Assembly (NCBI GenBank): GCA_964016885.1
Contig: OZ024746.1
Location: forward strand, 22,940,001-23,004,000
Source: Eledone cirrhosa
Taxonomy: Eukaryota
Direction: 5' to 3'
DNA: 64,000 nucleotides
Below are positions 12,517 to 26,945 of this stretch, piece after piece (positions within the stretch are counted from its first letter, which is position 1; each line of letters starts with the position of its first letter). A program made the translations under genes and the position numbers. Below the pieces are notes generated by a model. That model made no database searches. It was given only the letters and a program-made list of their open reading frames with translations, and was not told where the DNA came from.

Positions 12517-13753
12517 GGTGGTGGTGGTGGTGGTGGTAGCGGTAGTGGTGGTGGTGGTGGTGGTGGTGTTATGGTTGTGGTGGTGGTGGTGGTGGCGGTA
12601 GTGGTGGTGGTGGTGGTGGTGGTGGTGTTATGGTTGTGGTGGTGGTGGTGGTGGCGGTAGTGGTGGTGGTGGTGGTGGTGGTGGTTCTCGTGGTGGTGGT
12701 GTTATGGTTGTGGTGGTGGTGGTGGTGGCGGTAGTGGTGGTGGTGGTAGTGGTGGTGGTAGTGGTGGTGGTAGTAGTGGTGGTGGTGGTGGTGGTGGTAG
12801 TGGTGGTGGTAGTGGTGGCGGTAGTGGTGGTGGTAGTAGTGGTGGTGGTGGCGGTAGTGGTGGTGGTGGTGGTGGTGGTGGTAGTGGTGGTGGTAGTGGT
12901 GGTGGTAGTAGTGGTGGTGGTGGTGGTAGTGGTGGTGGTAGTGGTGGTGGTAGTAGTGGTGGTGGTGGTAGTAGTGGTGGTGGTGGTGGTGGTGGTGGTA
13001 GTGGCAGTAGTGGTTCTCGTTGTGGTGGTGTTATGGTTGTGGTGGTGGTGGCAGTGGTGGTGGTGGTGGTGGTAGTGGCAGTAGTGGTGGTGGTAGTAGT
13101 GGTGGTGGTGGTAGTGGTGGTAGTGGTAGTGGTGGTGGTGGTAGTGGTGGTGGTGGTGGTGGTGGTAGTGGCAGTAGTGGTGGTGGTAGTGGTGGTGGTG
13201 GTAGTGGTGGTGGTGGTAGTGGTCGTGGTGGTAGTGGTAATGTTCGTTGTTGAGGGTGTTGATAGTGATGTTGTTGTTGGTGGTGGTGTTGTGGTTGTTG
13301 ATGATGGTGGTGGTGATGTTGTTGATGGTGGTGCTGGTGATGCTGGTTCTGTTGGCGGTGCTGGTGGTGGTGGTGTTAGTGTTGTTGTTGTAGATGGCGA
13401 TGATGTTCATAATGGCGATGATGATGTTGATGATGTTGATGATGTTGATGTGTTCTGTCATATCTCGTACGTGACATTCAATCTGTTTACATACCTCTTG
13501 CTGTTTCTGCTGACATCCTTTTTGGCGGAGTTATTGTTGTTGTTGCTAATATTGGGGGTGGTGGTGGTTAGCTGGTGGTGGTGGTGGTGGTGGTGGTGAG
13601 GTGGTGGTGAGGTGGTGGTAGTGCTGGTGGTGGTGGTAGTGCTGGTGGCGGTGGCGGTGGCGGTGGCTGTGGTGGTGGTGGTGGTGGTGGTGGTGGTGGT
13701 GGTGGTAGTGCTGGTGGCGGTGGCGGTGGCGGTGGTGGTGGTGGTGGTGGTGG

Positions 13754-13784
<31 letters not shown>

Positions 13785-14130
13785 GGTGGTGAGGTGGTGG
13801 TGGTGGCGGTGGCGGTGGCGGTGGCTGTGGTGGTGGTGGTGGTGGTGGTGGTGGTGGTAGTGCTGGTGGCGGTGGCGGTGGCGGTGGTGGTGGTGGTGGT
13901 GGTGGTGCTGGTGGTGGTGAGGTGGTGGCGGTGGTGGTGGTGGTGGCGATGACGGTGGTGGTGGTGGTGGTGGTGGCAGCGTTGTAATGGTGGTGTTGGT
14001 GGTAATGTTGTTGGCAGTGGTGGTATTTATGTTGGTCTTGGTGGTGGAGGAGGTGGTGGTGATGTTGATGGTACTATGGGTGTTAGTGTTAGTAGCGGTG
14101 GTGGTTGTGTTGGTGGTAGCAGTGATGTAG
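12386..14130 (+). repeat. (GGT)n-derived low-complexity tract
   Basis: GGT/GTA/GTT triplets with short unique interruptions. Confidence 0.95.
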
Positions 14131-14134
14131 TTGT

Positions 14135-15102
14135 TGTTATTGATGTTATTGGTGATGTTGATGATGTTGATGTTATTGGTGATGTTGATGATGTTGATGT
14201 TATTGGTGATGTTGATGATGTTGATGTTATTGGTGATGTTGATGATGTTGATGTTATTGGTGATGTTGATGATGTTGATGTTATTGGTGATGTTGATGAT
14301 GTTGATGTTATTGGTGATGTTGATGATGTTGATGTTATTGGTGTTGTTGATGATGTTGATGTTATTGGTGATGTTGATGATGTTGATGTTATTGGTGTTG
14401 TTGATGATGTTGATGTTATTGGTGATGTTGATGATGTTGATGTTATTGGTGATGTTGATGATGTTGATGTTATTGGTGATGTTGATGATGTTGATGTTAT
14501 TGGTGATGTTGATGATGTTGATGTTATTGGTGATGTTGATGATGTTGATGTTATTGGTGATGTTGATGATGTTGATGTTATTGGTGTTGTTGATGATGTT
14601 GATGATGTTGATGTTATTGGTGTTGTTGATGATGTTGATGTTATTGGTGATGTTGATGATGTTGATGTTATTGGTGATGTTGATGATGTTGATGTTATTG
14701 GTGATGTTGATGATGTTGATGTTATTGGTGATGTTGATGATGTTGATGTTATTGGTGTTGTTGATGATGTTGATGTTATTGGTGATGTTGATGATGTTGA
14801 TGTTATTGGTGATGTTGATGATGTTGATGTTATTGGTGTTGTTGATGATGTTGATGTTATTGGTGATGTTGATGATGTTGATGTTATTGGTGTTGTTGAT
14901 GATGTTGATGTTATTGGTGATGTTGATGATGTTGATGTTATTGGTGATGTTGATGATGTTGATGTTATTGGTGTTGTTGATGATGTTGATGTTATTGGTG
15001 ATGTTGATGATGTTGATGTTATTGGTGATGTTGATGATGTTGATGTTATTGGTGTTGTTGATGATGTTGATGTTATTGGTGATGTTGATGATGTTGATGA
15101 TG
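14135..15102 (+). repeat. 27-bp minisatellite (GATGTTATTGGTGATGTTGATGATGTT), about 35 units
   Basis: 9-codon periodicity in the ORF track (DVIGDVDDV). Confidence 0.97.
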
Positions 15103-15717
15103 TTCTTATCGTTGATGTCATTTATTCCATTGCTTTTGTTATTCTCCCCGTCATTTTCCTTGTCCTCGTCGTTGCCATACTGTCGATAATATCTTTCATC
15201 TTTTTCCTCACGTTCATCATCATCGCACCACCATCACCATCACCACCATCACAGCTTACATCGACATCATCATCATCGTCATTACCCCACCACCACCATA
15301 ATCTTCATCACCATCATCATCACCTCCACTCGCATCATCACCGCCACCACCATCACCCCATCATTCATTTTTTTATTTTCTTTATTTCATTAATATTTTC
15401 GTTGTTGTTATTATAGCCAATTCGTTCGAGTTTCTACATCAGTGGTTCCCAACCTTTGGTGCACCATGCCCTACCTCAACGTCTCAAACATTATTACGAC
15501 CATTCAACCCTTTGATATAAAAACAGCGATTATTAACTGCAAAATGTAAACAAACTGACTTATAGTTGGTGTCAGATGCACAACAACATTTGTGGAGGAG
15601 GTAAGACAGGACTTTCTGATAGTAATGTGTACCAACGTTGTCTTGGTGTAGAAGTAATAAGGGAAAACCTGAAGTTTGTTCTCATTAACATCATTTTCGA
15701 ATTACTCCCACCTCCCT

Positions 15718-15832
15718 TAATTGTTTCTACTTTTGGCACAAGGCCAGCAATTATCCAATGCATTACTGGTACTTTATCCTATCGACCCCGGAAGGATGAA
15801 AGGCAAAGTTAACCTCGGCGGGATTTGAACTC
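15718..15832 (-). mobile_element. Meta-domain SINE, 5' truncated
   Basis: Consensus match from the tail to the B-box. Confidence 0.85.
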
Positions 15833-16084
15833 CCTTAATACCATTCTTTATGCAGTTACTAAGTCCGATTTCTTCTAAATGTGATGTTTTGTTTTTTAAG
15901 AAAATTCTCTGGATCTTTTCACTTCTGAGTTTTCTTTCCTGCTTCCTATAATATCTTCTTTCTCTTTTCCGGCTGTTATTGTTATTTCTTTTGTCTCCAA
16001 GGCTCCCAGTATTTTCACTCTTGCTTTTCTTACATGTAGTTGTAAAAACCGTATTGCAACACAATCTTCTACACTAACCAGAGA

Positions 16085-16450
16085 CCTGATATAATAACAT
16101 CGTTTTATTATGGATCCTCGATCGGTTTCTTCGATGAGCATTCAGTTGTTTGATCAACTGAACGTCCAAGTGCCCGAGTATGCTACAGGCACCTGTATTA
16201 CTTTTAACGTAATTCTCAAACTGGACCAGCGTGATAAAATATGACATGGTTACAAAGCTGGACCTTTGAATTACAGGCACAATCCATCCGACGGGCTTCC
16301 AGATAGTTTCCGTCTACCCAATTTCACTCATAAGGCTTGGTTCGATCCGATGAAATAATAAAGTCACTTGCCCAAGATGCCACGCGCTGGCATCGAACCC
16401 GTTACCTAATGAATGCAAAGTAAGGTTAACCACTCAGCTATGCTTGCATC
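16085..16450 (-). mobile_element. tRNA/CORE-type SINE (OR-like), near full length
   Basis: Head gcaagcatagctgagtggttaa..gggttcgatgcc..gcgtggcatcttgggcaagtg, core gtagacggaaact..aagcccgtcg, then the long tail. Confidence 0.75.
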
Positions 16451-16869
16451 CACCGTTTGATACAGTCTCTCAGTAACAGCGTTTTTTATTTTTTGTCGGG
16501 TATTTCAGTTTATAACGTATCGGGTATTCCAATTTATGACAACAGCATTGAATGCAATGATCCAGACAGCACGTAGCTTGACAGCTAAGATGACATTTCT
16601 ACTGTTCAGATGGGATATTCACAGTTTTATCATCCTTATTATGTATTCATTTTCCAGTATATATTTCACTATTTTGCTGTCATCTTCTATAACTCCTAAC
16701 ACCTGGTTTTCTTATCTATTTACTTTATTCATTCACCTGTAAGAAACTCAAATCTTCCTTTCTCGGAAAATATATCCCTTTTTCATAAGGATTCCACACT
16801 CATTAATTCTGAATTCTATTCCTATGTCGACATTGAACACTGCTACACGTACACCAAAACATCAAGTTC

Positions 16870-17345
16870 TTTCTTCTTCTTCTTCTCCTCAACCTCCTCC
16901 TCGCTCACTTATTCCTAGGAGGATCATGGTGGCAGAGTCTTCAAACACACTTTCCAGGGGGTCCTGTCAGAAGCAACCCTCCCCAATTAATCCGGCTGGA
17001 TACCAAAGCGATATCAGCCAAGCCAGGGATGTTATCCAACCCTCTTGCTCGGAGTCTACTCCTGGGTCTCCTGCCATTTGGTTTTGCCCGTAAAATCTGT
17101 CCAGTGATTCTTTCCTAAGACATTCTAACCACATGCCAGGAGCTGTGATCCCTCAATTCGGAGAAGTAGCGACTCTACTTGGAGTGACCTTCTGGTCTCC
17201 GAGCTACGCACTTTATTTAGTAATGTTACTCCAAAGACCCTCTGGAGGAACTCCATTTCGGCCGCTTGTATTCGCGATCATAGTCTCTCGGTCATTACCC
17301 AAGATTCATGACTAAAGGTAAGGGTTGGCACGAACATCGAATTGA
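16870..17345 (-). mobile_element. RTE-clade LINE 3' fragment
   Basis: Minus translation SHESWVMTERL*SRIQAAEMEFLQRVFGVTLLNKVRSSETRRSLQVESLLLRIE..HVVRMS..KPNGRRPR; ends in a (GAA)n tail. Confidence 0.85.
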
Positions 17346-17859
17346 AGAATAATTTCAAATAATCCATGAATAATACTTGGTTGATGATTTTGTCATCTTT
17401 TCCTAATTCATATTCTGCTTTTACTTTTCCCGAGTTGTGGACGAAAGAGATAAGACTGGTTGTAAATAGTAAAGATGATAGACTGCCACCTTGAAATAGT
17501 CATCTTTTTATCCTAACCTTTTCCAGGTTTCTCACTTCCAGTTGTCTCCCGGTGGTCCATATTATTTCTGGGGAATGAATTGATTCTATCATATATTTTG
17601 AATATATCCAAGAAATTTATGATCCATGAAGGGAGGGCTATATCAAAAACCTGTTTAGTTATAACCAATCCAGGTGGTAGATGATACTGCCTGTTTGTTT
17701 TGTTGTTTTTTTGTTTTGTTTTTGTTTTTGCTTTTAGTTTTGTATTATTGGTTTATCATTGGAGAGTCGATCTTTGTTTTTATTTTCGGCAACCTTTCTG
17801 TTCTTCTTGTTGGTATTTAAAAAACCGAAAGGAACCCATCATCAGGTTAGACAAAGGAA

Positions 17860-18110
17860 ACAATATCTGCCGGTTGCAACTGCTGCCAGAAGAAGGTGTG
17901 GTTTGAACTCAAAACGTACTAAACGGATCAGATAACGAAAACTATTCTGTCCGGCTCATTAACATTTACACCCCTGCACTGGTAATTTATATATCGACAT
18001 CGAAAGGATAAAATGAAAGTTGGCCTCAACGGAATTTAAACTCTGAAAGCTGTAACCAATACTAAGGCATTTATTTTAACGCTCTTTAGAATCTACCATG
18101 TCACCGCTGC
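17860..18110 (-). mobile_element. Two old Meta-domain SINE fragments
   Basis: tttgaactcaaaacgta.. and atcgacatcgaaaggataaaatgaaagttggcctcaacggaatttaaactc. Confidence 0.6.
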
Positions 18111-18419
18111 TATTCAAGCGTGGATATATTCCTTAAGATATTATGCTTTTGATATCAAACTACTTGAAACCGCCTCTATTTCTATGATACGATACTGTTT
18201 ATTTTAAAGTGCTTATATTTATGTAAAAACCTTCCATCATAATTTTATCTAAGAACCTTTGCTATGTTATGCTTAATGATGAAAAGGTTAAATGCTAAAT
18301 TATTGGGAGACAAATGATAGGAGTGTAATTGATTGCTTCATTCTCTTTTTTGTCTTCCTTTATAAGCACTGCTGTTTTGTTTTTGTTTTTCTTTTCGAGG
18401 AGTGGGGTTAATGAGAGAC

Positions 18420-18862
18420 ATAGTACTAGAGTCGACTGTCCCCTCCCCTAAAATGTTTAGCCTTGTACCTAAATCAGAAATCATTATAATTATTATTATT
18501 ATGGTGGATTGGCAGAATTGGTAGGACATCGGATAAAATACCATAGCAGTATTTATTCTGGCACTCAATATTCTGATTACAAATCCCGCCAAAATCAATT
18601 TTGACTTTCAATCATCTTCACTCTTCCCTAAATTTGCTGTCCTCCTGCCTAAATTAGAAATTGCTCTAAAAGGGCGGTGGGTTGGCAGTAACGGTAGAGC
18701 GTCGAACAACATTTTTTGTGGAATATAGTTACAACCCTTTACGTTCTAATTTCAAATCCTGCCGAGGTTAGCTTTGCCTTTCATAAAATAATGTACTAGT
18801 AACGCACTGAGGGGAATTTAATCGATTTTTCCTTCCCTTCAAATTGCTGGTCTTGTGCCAAA
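18420..18862 (+). mobile_element. Stack of three Meta-domain SINE copies (tail only; 18500-18665; 18672-18862)
   Basis: Repeated heads ggtggattggcag / ggcggtgggttggcag and tails gccttgt.cctaaat..gaaa. Confidence 0.8.
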
Positions 18863-19019
18863 TGTTGATTTAGATATTATCACATACCGAAACATCTGCC
18901 TCCTCTGTAGAGGAAGGAAAGAATTCAGTAAAGCAGCTTGAAACAAGCGAAGGAACCTCTTTTACGAAAAATATTAAATTATCAGAAACACAATTTGTTG
19001 ATTTGTGTTTTGTTAGAAG

Positions 19020-19232
19020 TAATGGTTTCTAATTTAAGCACAAGGCTAGCAATTTTTAATGAGAGGGAAGTCGATTAAATCACTCCAGTACTTGACTGGT
19101 ACTATATTTTATCGACCCTCGGACGCATGAAAGGTAAAGTTGACCTCGGCAGGATCTGACCTCAGAGCGTTAAAGAGCCGTAACTAAATGCCGCAAATCA
19201 TTTTGTCTGACGCTCTATCGATTCTGCTAATC
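19020..19232 (-). mobile_element. Meta-domain SINE
   Basis: Consensus match. Confidence 0.85.
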
Positions 19233-20016
19233 CTGATAATAACCAACTTTCAACATCTTTAGAGAAATAGTCCATGTTTTCTCTTCTTAAAGACAAGCAA
19301 AGCCGACACACGTCATCTTTTATATTATAGATAACCCGAGCGCTTATAAGAAAGTATCTGTCAATATTTTAAACTGCTTCTGTTGTCCGGCTTTTAAAAA
19401 TCTATTAACCCTGCTTATACCAAATTGTTTCTCATTCTACGATAATGTTTATCTTAAATTTTTTATATTTATTCATAATTTTTGTAAGAACCTTTTTTTA
19501 CGTTTCAAACTCTACATAAATAACGTGAAAGTTAATTATATTCCTAAATCCATCAAAATCCTTGTTTAATTTTAGAATTATTTGAAAATCATAATCAGTG
19601 TTTTTCATTCGAGATATGGCAACGAAAGGGTTATAAGGTATTTTCACACTTACTGCACATAAAATTAGAATAATTATATTTCATAAAATGATGTTAATAC
19701 AGACGATATAAAATAACATAGTAACACTTTTGCCATAAATTTACCTGGTGAAACGAATACAAATTTAAAAGCTGTCATATTTATTAAACCACAAATCAAA
19801 ACTAGCGAAAGATGGTTATTTTGACAAGAGTATATTAGAATCCTGGCAAATATTTAAAAACGTGGTTGAAAACGTCATTGAAGTGTGAAAGTCCTAGATT
19901 ATAAATAAATAGTTGGAAACTAAATTGATAGCTTTCCTCAATTTCCATGGAGGATGAGTGTAAATTTGAAATTTTTTAGAGTTTTGACGATTTTCCAAGA
20001 AACCTAAATAAGCACA

Positions 20017-21545
<1,529 letters not shown>

Positions 21546-21863
21546 TATATGATGTCAACTCCCACTGCATTGTCTTGAATTGTTCGCAATACTTGAACCA
21601 CCTCACTCCTATAGAACATCTCTCACTTGCCTGCTTCACGTTACCTGAAAGCACCATAAGACTGTTTCGGTATTGAAATTGCGAGGATAATCTTAGTTGA
21701 TTGAAGTATTTTTCCACTCGTCATATTCCGTCTGTGAGACTCTATTTGTGTGTGAGTATTTTGCAAGAGATGTCAACATGAATAGACTTATTATTTTTAT
21801 CTGAAGGCATTTTTTCCAATTCCAACCCGCCCGTCTGCTCAATCTATCTTATTGTTCATTCTT

Positions 21864-21899
21864 TCTTCTGATGAAGGACTAGCGTCCGAAACGTTAAGA
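21864..21899 (+). ncRNA. Minimal type I hammerhead ribozyme
   Basis: TCTT-CTGATGA-A-GGAC tagc GTCC-GAAACGTT-AAGA: stem I TCTT/AAGA, stem II GGAC/GTCC, palindromic AACGTT at helix III. Confidence 0.85.
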
Positions 21900-21980
21900 C
21901 ACTCTTCCTGCTATATCAAGCGTTAACCTAATATATCCCTTTCATATACTGTACCGATTGTGTTGTTATTTCTGTTTACC

Positions 21981-22075
<95 letters not shown>

Positions 22076-22187
22076 AGAGAGAGAGGGTTGAAAAGAGGGA
22101 CTAAGAAGTCAATTTAAAATGTTTTACCTTCGCCCTCCTCGTAAATCTCATATTAAATGTATTGTGTGAAATATTAACACATAATAC

Positions 22188-22250
<63 letters not shown>

Positions 22251-22454
22251 CGTGCTACTTCGTTTAACAAGATGGTACTGATGAGTCAACGTTAATTATT
22301 TCCAATAATTTAATTCAATTAAGTAAATGCAGTTACTGACAGTATTAATAAGGCAGCTAGCTAACTGAACGTCACTTTATTTGAAACATTTCAAGCAGAT
22401 AATTATTTTCGATAAAATGGAATATGCGCATTAGAGATTGAGAACAATATAATA

Positions 22455-22670
22455 TTGGTGTCTGATTTAGCACAAGGCCAACATGTTGAGGGAAGGGAAA
22501 AGTCAATTAAATCGACCCCAACGTGTTACTAGCACTTTATTTTGTCGACCCCGCAAGGAGGAAAAGGAAAGCTAACCTCGGTGGAATTTGAGCTCGGAAC
22601 GTAAAGGGCCGTAACTCTATGCCACAAAACTTGTTGTCCGACGCTCTACCGATACTCTCAATCCACCACC
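22455..22670 (-). mobile_element. Meta-domain SINE
   Basis: Consensus match. Confidence 0.85.
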
Positions 22671-23820
22671 CTTCTGAGAACAACATGTTAAAACTTGATA
22701 AGATAGACCAGATTTTTCGAAATTGAATCAAATGTATATGGATGTTGAATCTATGTTTAAAGGGGGGAAAAGAGGGGGAGAGTATGGAGAAAACAAACTG
22801 TATGCCCTTGGATGGATAATCCGGACAATATAACGGAAGCTTTGGCGCAGAAAGCAGCCAGCTATACCCGTTGCATCAGCCATTACACCATACGAGACTC
22901 CTTCTTCCTCAGTCATGAGGACATTATGATCGTTACCACTAGACCACGCACCAATTTTTCAAGGCTGCCTTGATATACGACAGTCAGAATAGCCAACAAT
23001 TTCATTGAAGATATCTGTGTTGTCAGCAATAGATACTGGACATCCTCCTTCAGCTGTTATGACCTGAAATGTCCCTTTCCCAACTTTGCAGCTGGACAAT
23101 TCTTTATCACATCTGTAACTATAAGCTTCTTTCCTTTATCTATGACAACAGATCTTTTGATGATATACTCAAATAGTTATTAACAGCAGCTAACTAACTT
23201 ACTAAATAAATATGTTTCACTGAGAAAATCCAATAACATTGAAACATGCATGTGGCTGTCACCCAAGTTGGTTTATTGACAAAATATATTCACAGTACAT
23301 TGTACAGTATATAATTCTATCAAATGGGTTGTATCAACTCAAACTATAGGAGTTTACTTTGTTTCTCAGAACCTAAACGGAGTTTCAGTTTTGAAATCAC
23401 GGAGATAGACTCAGTTGATTGAAGTTTTACTCAACTTCAATGCGAACCTGTTTACTATAACAGTTTATTTTGTTTAGAGTAAAATATTAAATATGAAATT
23501 GAAATATCGTGGAAGAGTTATTTTAGCCATTTCAAAAATACATAAAAATATTTTAATTCACTTTACATATATTTCCTGGAGTGAAATTTTTCGTCGCACT
23601 GTTTGCGACCTGGTCACTGACAATGTTCGACAGAAATCCAGTAGAACTGTGACAGTGACCAGCTTGCAAACAATGCTTCGAAAATGGTGACACACACACA
23701 AAAAAAAAACAATCAATATAAAGTTAACGCGAAACTAAAAAACTGTTTTTTCTAAAGTTCTCTTGTTTATTTTTGTGGTGTTATTGATACTGTCAATTGC
23801 GATTGTGTTCCTGTTTAAAG

Positions 23821-23928
23821 TTACACCGTTTAACAGAGTAAATATTATGTTTTTTTATTCACATTAGATACATATATATAATGTCTAATGTGAATAAAAA
23901 AAGAATATTTACTCTGTTAAACGGTGTA

Positions 23929-23929
<1 letters not shown>
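23821..23929. repeat. Inverted repeat, ~48-bp arms, next to (TA)n
   Basis: ttacaccgtttaacagagtaaatatt..ttattcacattaga / tctaatgtgaataa..aatatttactctgttaaacggtgtaa. Confidence 0.9.
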
Positions 23930-23993
<64 letters not shown>

Positions 23994-24337
23994 GCGCTAG
24001 CTATAATTCTTTTCTTACAATATCAAGTGTTAAACTAATATATACCATCTTTGTACTCTACTATTCCCCGGTGTTGCTTTTCCTTATTGACTTACATACG
24101 TACATACGTATATATACACACATACATATATACACACATACATAGGATAACACAAACGTGTGGATCCAGAGTAAAAAGTATAAAAGAAGAACCATTAGGA
24201 CATTATTTAATGTATCAGCTATCAGCTACTTTCTCACTAACAATACATGTTCAGCATGTAAAGATATCTAAGAGAATCTAACAGAAACTAATAAATAAAC
24301 AAAATATGAATTGATATTATAGTGTTAAATACATTTT

Positions 24338-24572
24338 CTGTGGACTAGTGGTAAGTGAGTTGGACTGATGATCATAATGCCATGGGTTCGATTCCTGGAT
24401 TGGGCTCCAGTATACTCAGCTGAAAATGAATGACAGTAATAGCTGGAGGTTTAACTCTGCGATAGACTTGCGTCCTGTCCAGGGGGAAGTGTTGTACTCG
24501 CAGTCGCTTCACGCCACCAAAACCGAGATAAGCACAGGCCCGATGAGCCTCCTGGGGACCAGACAGACTTTT
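24338..24572 (+). mobile_element. tRNA-derived SINE (third family)
   Basis: A-box tggactagtggtaa, B-box gggttcgattcc, central aactctgcgatagacttgcgtcctgtccagggg; related to 38797-38998. Confidence 0.7.
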
Positions 24573-25006
24573 TAAACAGTCTATATACCGTATTCTGTTG
24601 GCCTATTGGAAGCCCCTTTGTATAAGAGGCCGTCCCTGGTTTCAAAAGAACATTTTGTGAAAAAAAGATTATTTCATTGTTTTCTTAGAAACTCTTATAT
24701 AAGTTCAACATCATTTTTGCTTATATAAATTGCATTGTATTACTGTGTTAGTAATACTAATAGTAAAATTACTAAATCTTTTTAACCATGATTCTCCTCA
24801 CCTTCCGTTCAGCCCCTCATCGGTGACACGGACGTATTGGACGCAGGGAAGATTTTTATGTTTTGGTAGGGCAAGTGCGTCTCCTAGGCCGAAACATACG
24901 GTAATTATACACACAGACATAATTATTTTTGTGGTATTCAACAGTATGAAGCAAATATTGATTACCAATGTGCAATATATCATAGATAATTATATAGTAT
25001 ACAAAG

Positions 25007-25195
25007 AGCGGTAGATTGGCGGTATCGGTAGAGGCTCGGACGCCATGCTTTGACGCATAGAGTTACGGCCCTTGCCATTCTGAGTTCAAATCCCGCCGAG
25101 GTCAACTTTGCCTTTCATCCTTACGGGGTCGATAAAATAAAGTACCAGTAATGCACTGGGTAATTGCTGGCCTTGTGCCAAAAGTAGAAACAATT
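25007..25195 (+). mobile_element. Meta-domain SINE, full length, young
   Basis: Near-identical to 52659-52848. Confidence 0.92.
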
Positions 25196-25211
25196 ATATA
25201 TGTATACAAGA

Positions 25212-25312
25212 ATAATTGTTTCTACATTTGACACAAGGCCAGCAATTTGAAGGCCAGAGGAAGGCGATTAAATCAACCCTTGTCTGGTTACTGGTACTTA
25301 TTTTATCGACCG
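25212..25312 (-). mobile_element. Meta-domain SINE 3' fragment
   Basis: aattgtttctac..cacaaggccagcaattt..ctggtacttattttatcgacc. Confidence 0.75.
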
Positions 25313-25326
25313 CGTGAGGAAGATAT

Positions 25327-25363
25327 TAGTAGTAGTAGTGGTAGTAGTAGTAGTAGTAGTAGT

Positions 25364-25395
<32 letters not shown>

Positions 25396-25640
25396 CAGCA
25401 GTAGCAGCAGCAGTAGTGGTAGTAGTAGCAGCAGTAGTAATAGTAGCAGCAGCAGCAGCAGTAGTAGTAGAGTAGCAGCAGTAGAAGTAGTAGTAGTAGC
25501 AGCAGTAGTAGCAGCAGTAGCAGCAGCAGCAGTAGTAGTAGTAGTAGTAGTAGTAGTAGGAGTAGTAGTAGCTGCAGTAGTAGTAGTAGCAGTAGCTGCA
25601 GTAGTAGTAGTAGTAGTAGCAGCAGTAGTAGTAGTAGTAG
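25327..25640. repeat. (AGT/AGC)n trinucleotide tract
   Basis: Directly visible. Confidence 0.95.
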
Positions 25641-25871
25641 AATCTAAAGAGACATTAATTATAAATCCCATGACTACTAACGTTTGTAATGCGGTAGTTT
25701 AATGTCTTATCACCTGTCCACAAGATTTAGTAATATATATATATATATATATATATTACTAAATCTTGTGGACAAGGTATATATATATATATATATATAT
25801 AAATGAAAGGTATAGAAAGTATTGTAGCAAAAAGCCAACAGTATTCCATATATATATAAGTGACAATAGCG

Positions 25872-26945
25872 TCAAATATATATATACTGTTATACAACCA
25901 GCCAAACGGTAAATATATATACCAAAAGCCAAATATATATATACTGTTATACAACCAGCCAAACGGTAAATATATATACCAAAAGCCAAATATATATATA
26001 CTGTTATACAACCAACCAAACGGTAAATATATATACCAAAAGCCAAATATATATATACTGTTATACAACCAACCAAACGGTAAATATATAAACCAAAAGC
26101 CAAATATATATATACTGTTATACAACCAACCAAACGGTAAATATATATACCAAAAGCCAAATATATATATACTGTTATACAACCAACCAAACGGTAAATA
26201 TATATACCAAAAGCCAAATATATATATACTGTTATACAACCAACCAAACGGTAAATATATATACCAAAAGCCAAATATATATATACTGTTATACAACCAA
26301 CCAAACGGTAAATATATATACCAAAAGCCAAATATATATATACTGTTATACAACCAACCAAACGGTAAATATATATACCAAAAGCCAAATATATATATAC
26401 TGTTATACAACCAACCAAACGGTAAATATATAAACCAAAAGCCAAATATATATATACTGTTATACAACCAGCCAAACGGTAAATATATATACCAAAAGCC
26501 AAATATATATATACTGTTATACAACCAGCCAAATGGTAAATATATATACCAAAACCAAATATATATATACTGTTATACAACCAACCAAACGGTAAATATA
26601 TAAACCAAAAGCCAAATATATATATACTGTTATACAATCAACCAAACGGTAAATATATAAACCAAATGCCAAATATATATATACTGTTATACAACCAGCC
26701 AAACGGTAAATATATATACCAAAAGCCAAATATATATATACTGTTATACAACCAGCCAAACGGTAAATATACATACCAAAAGCCAAATATATATATACTG
26801 TTATACAACCAACCAAACGGTAAATATATAAACCAAAAGCCAAATATATATATACTGTTATACAACCAGCCAAACGGTAAATATATATACCAAAAGCCAA
26901 ATATATATATACTGTTATACAACCAGCCAAACGGTAAATATATAA
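25872..26945 (+). repeat. 57-bp minisatellite, about 19 units
   Basis: CCAAATATATATATACTGTTATACAACCA[A/G]CCAAACGGTAAATATATA[T/A]ACCAAAAG; 19-aa periodicity in the ORF track. Confidence 0.97.

Larger units (their letters stand above)
15500..17830 (-). mobile_element. Heavily decayed R4/Dong-like (restriction-endonuclease-type) LINE, interrupted by younger insertions
   Basis: Minus-strand remnants in the expected order: QEEQKGCRK (~17800), a WIDYKKAFDSVPH-like segment (~17650), IKR*LFQGGSLSSLLF (~17480), SNCIKNGIK (~15850), RWY..SPVL (~15630). Confidence 0.55.

Noticed and set aside
10524-15416. Long ORFs of 350-705 aa (GGDSDGV, PPTPPLS, DVIGDVD repeats) resembling mucins or adhesins
   Set aside because: Open in several frames on both strands because the triplet-based satellites lack stops; no unique domain, signal peptide or splice context
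22278-22300. CTGATGA motif
   Set aside because: No downstream GAAA or supporting helices
24364-24372. CTGATGA motif
   Set aside because: Lies in the tRNA-derived SINE head; no helix II or GAAA follows
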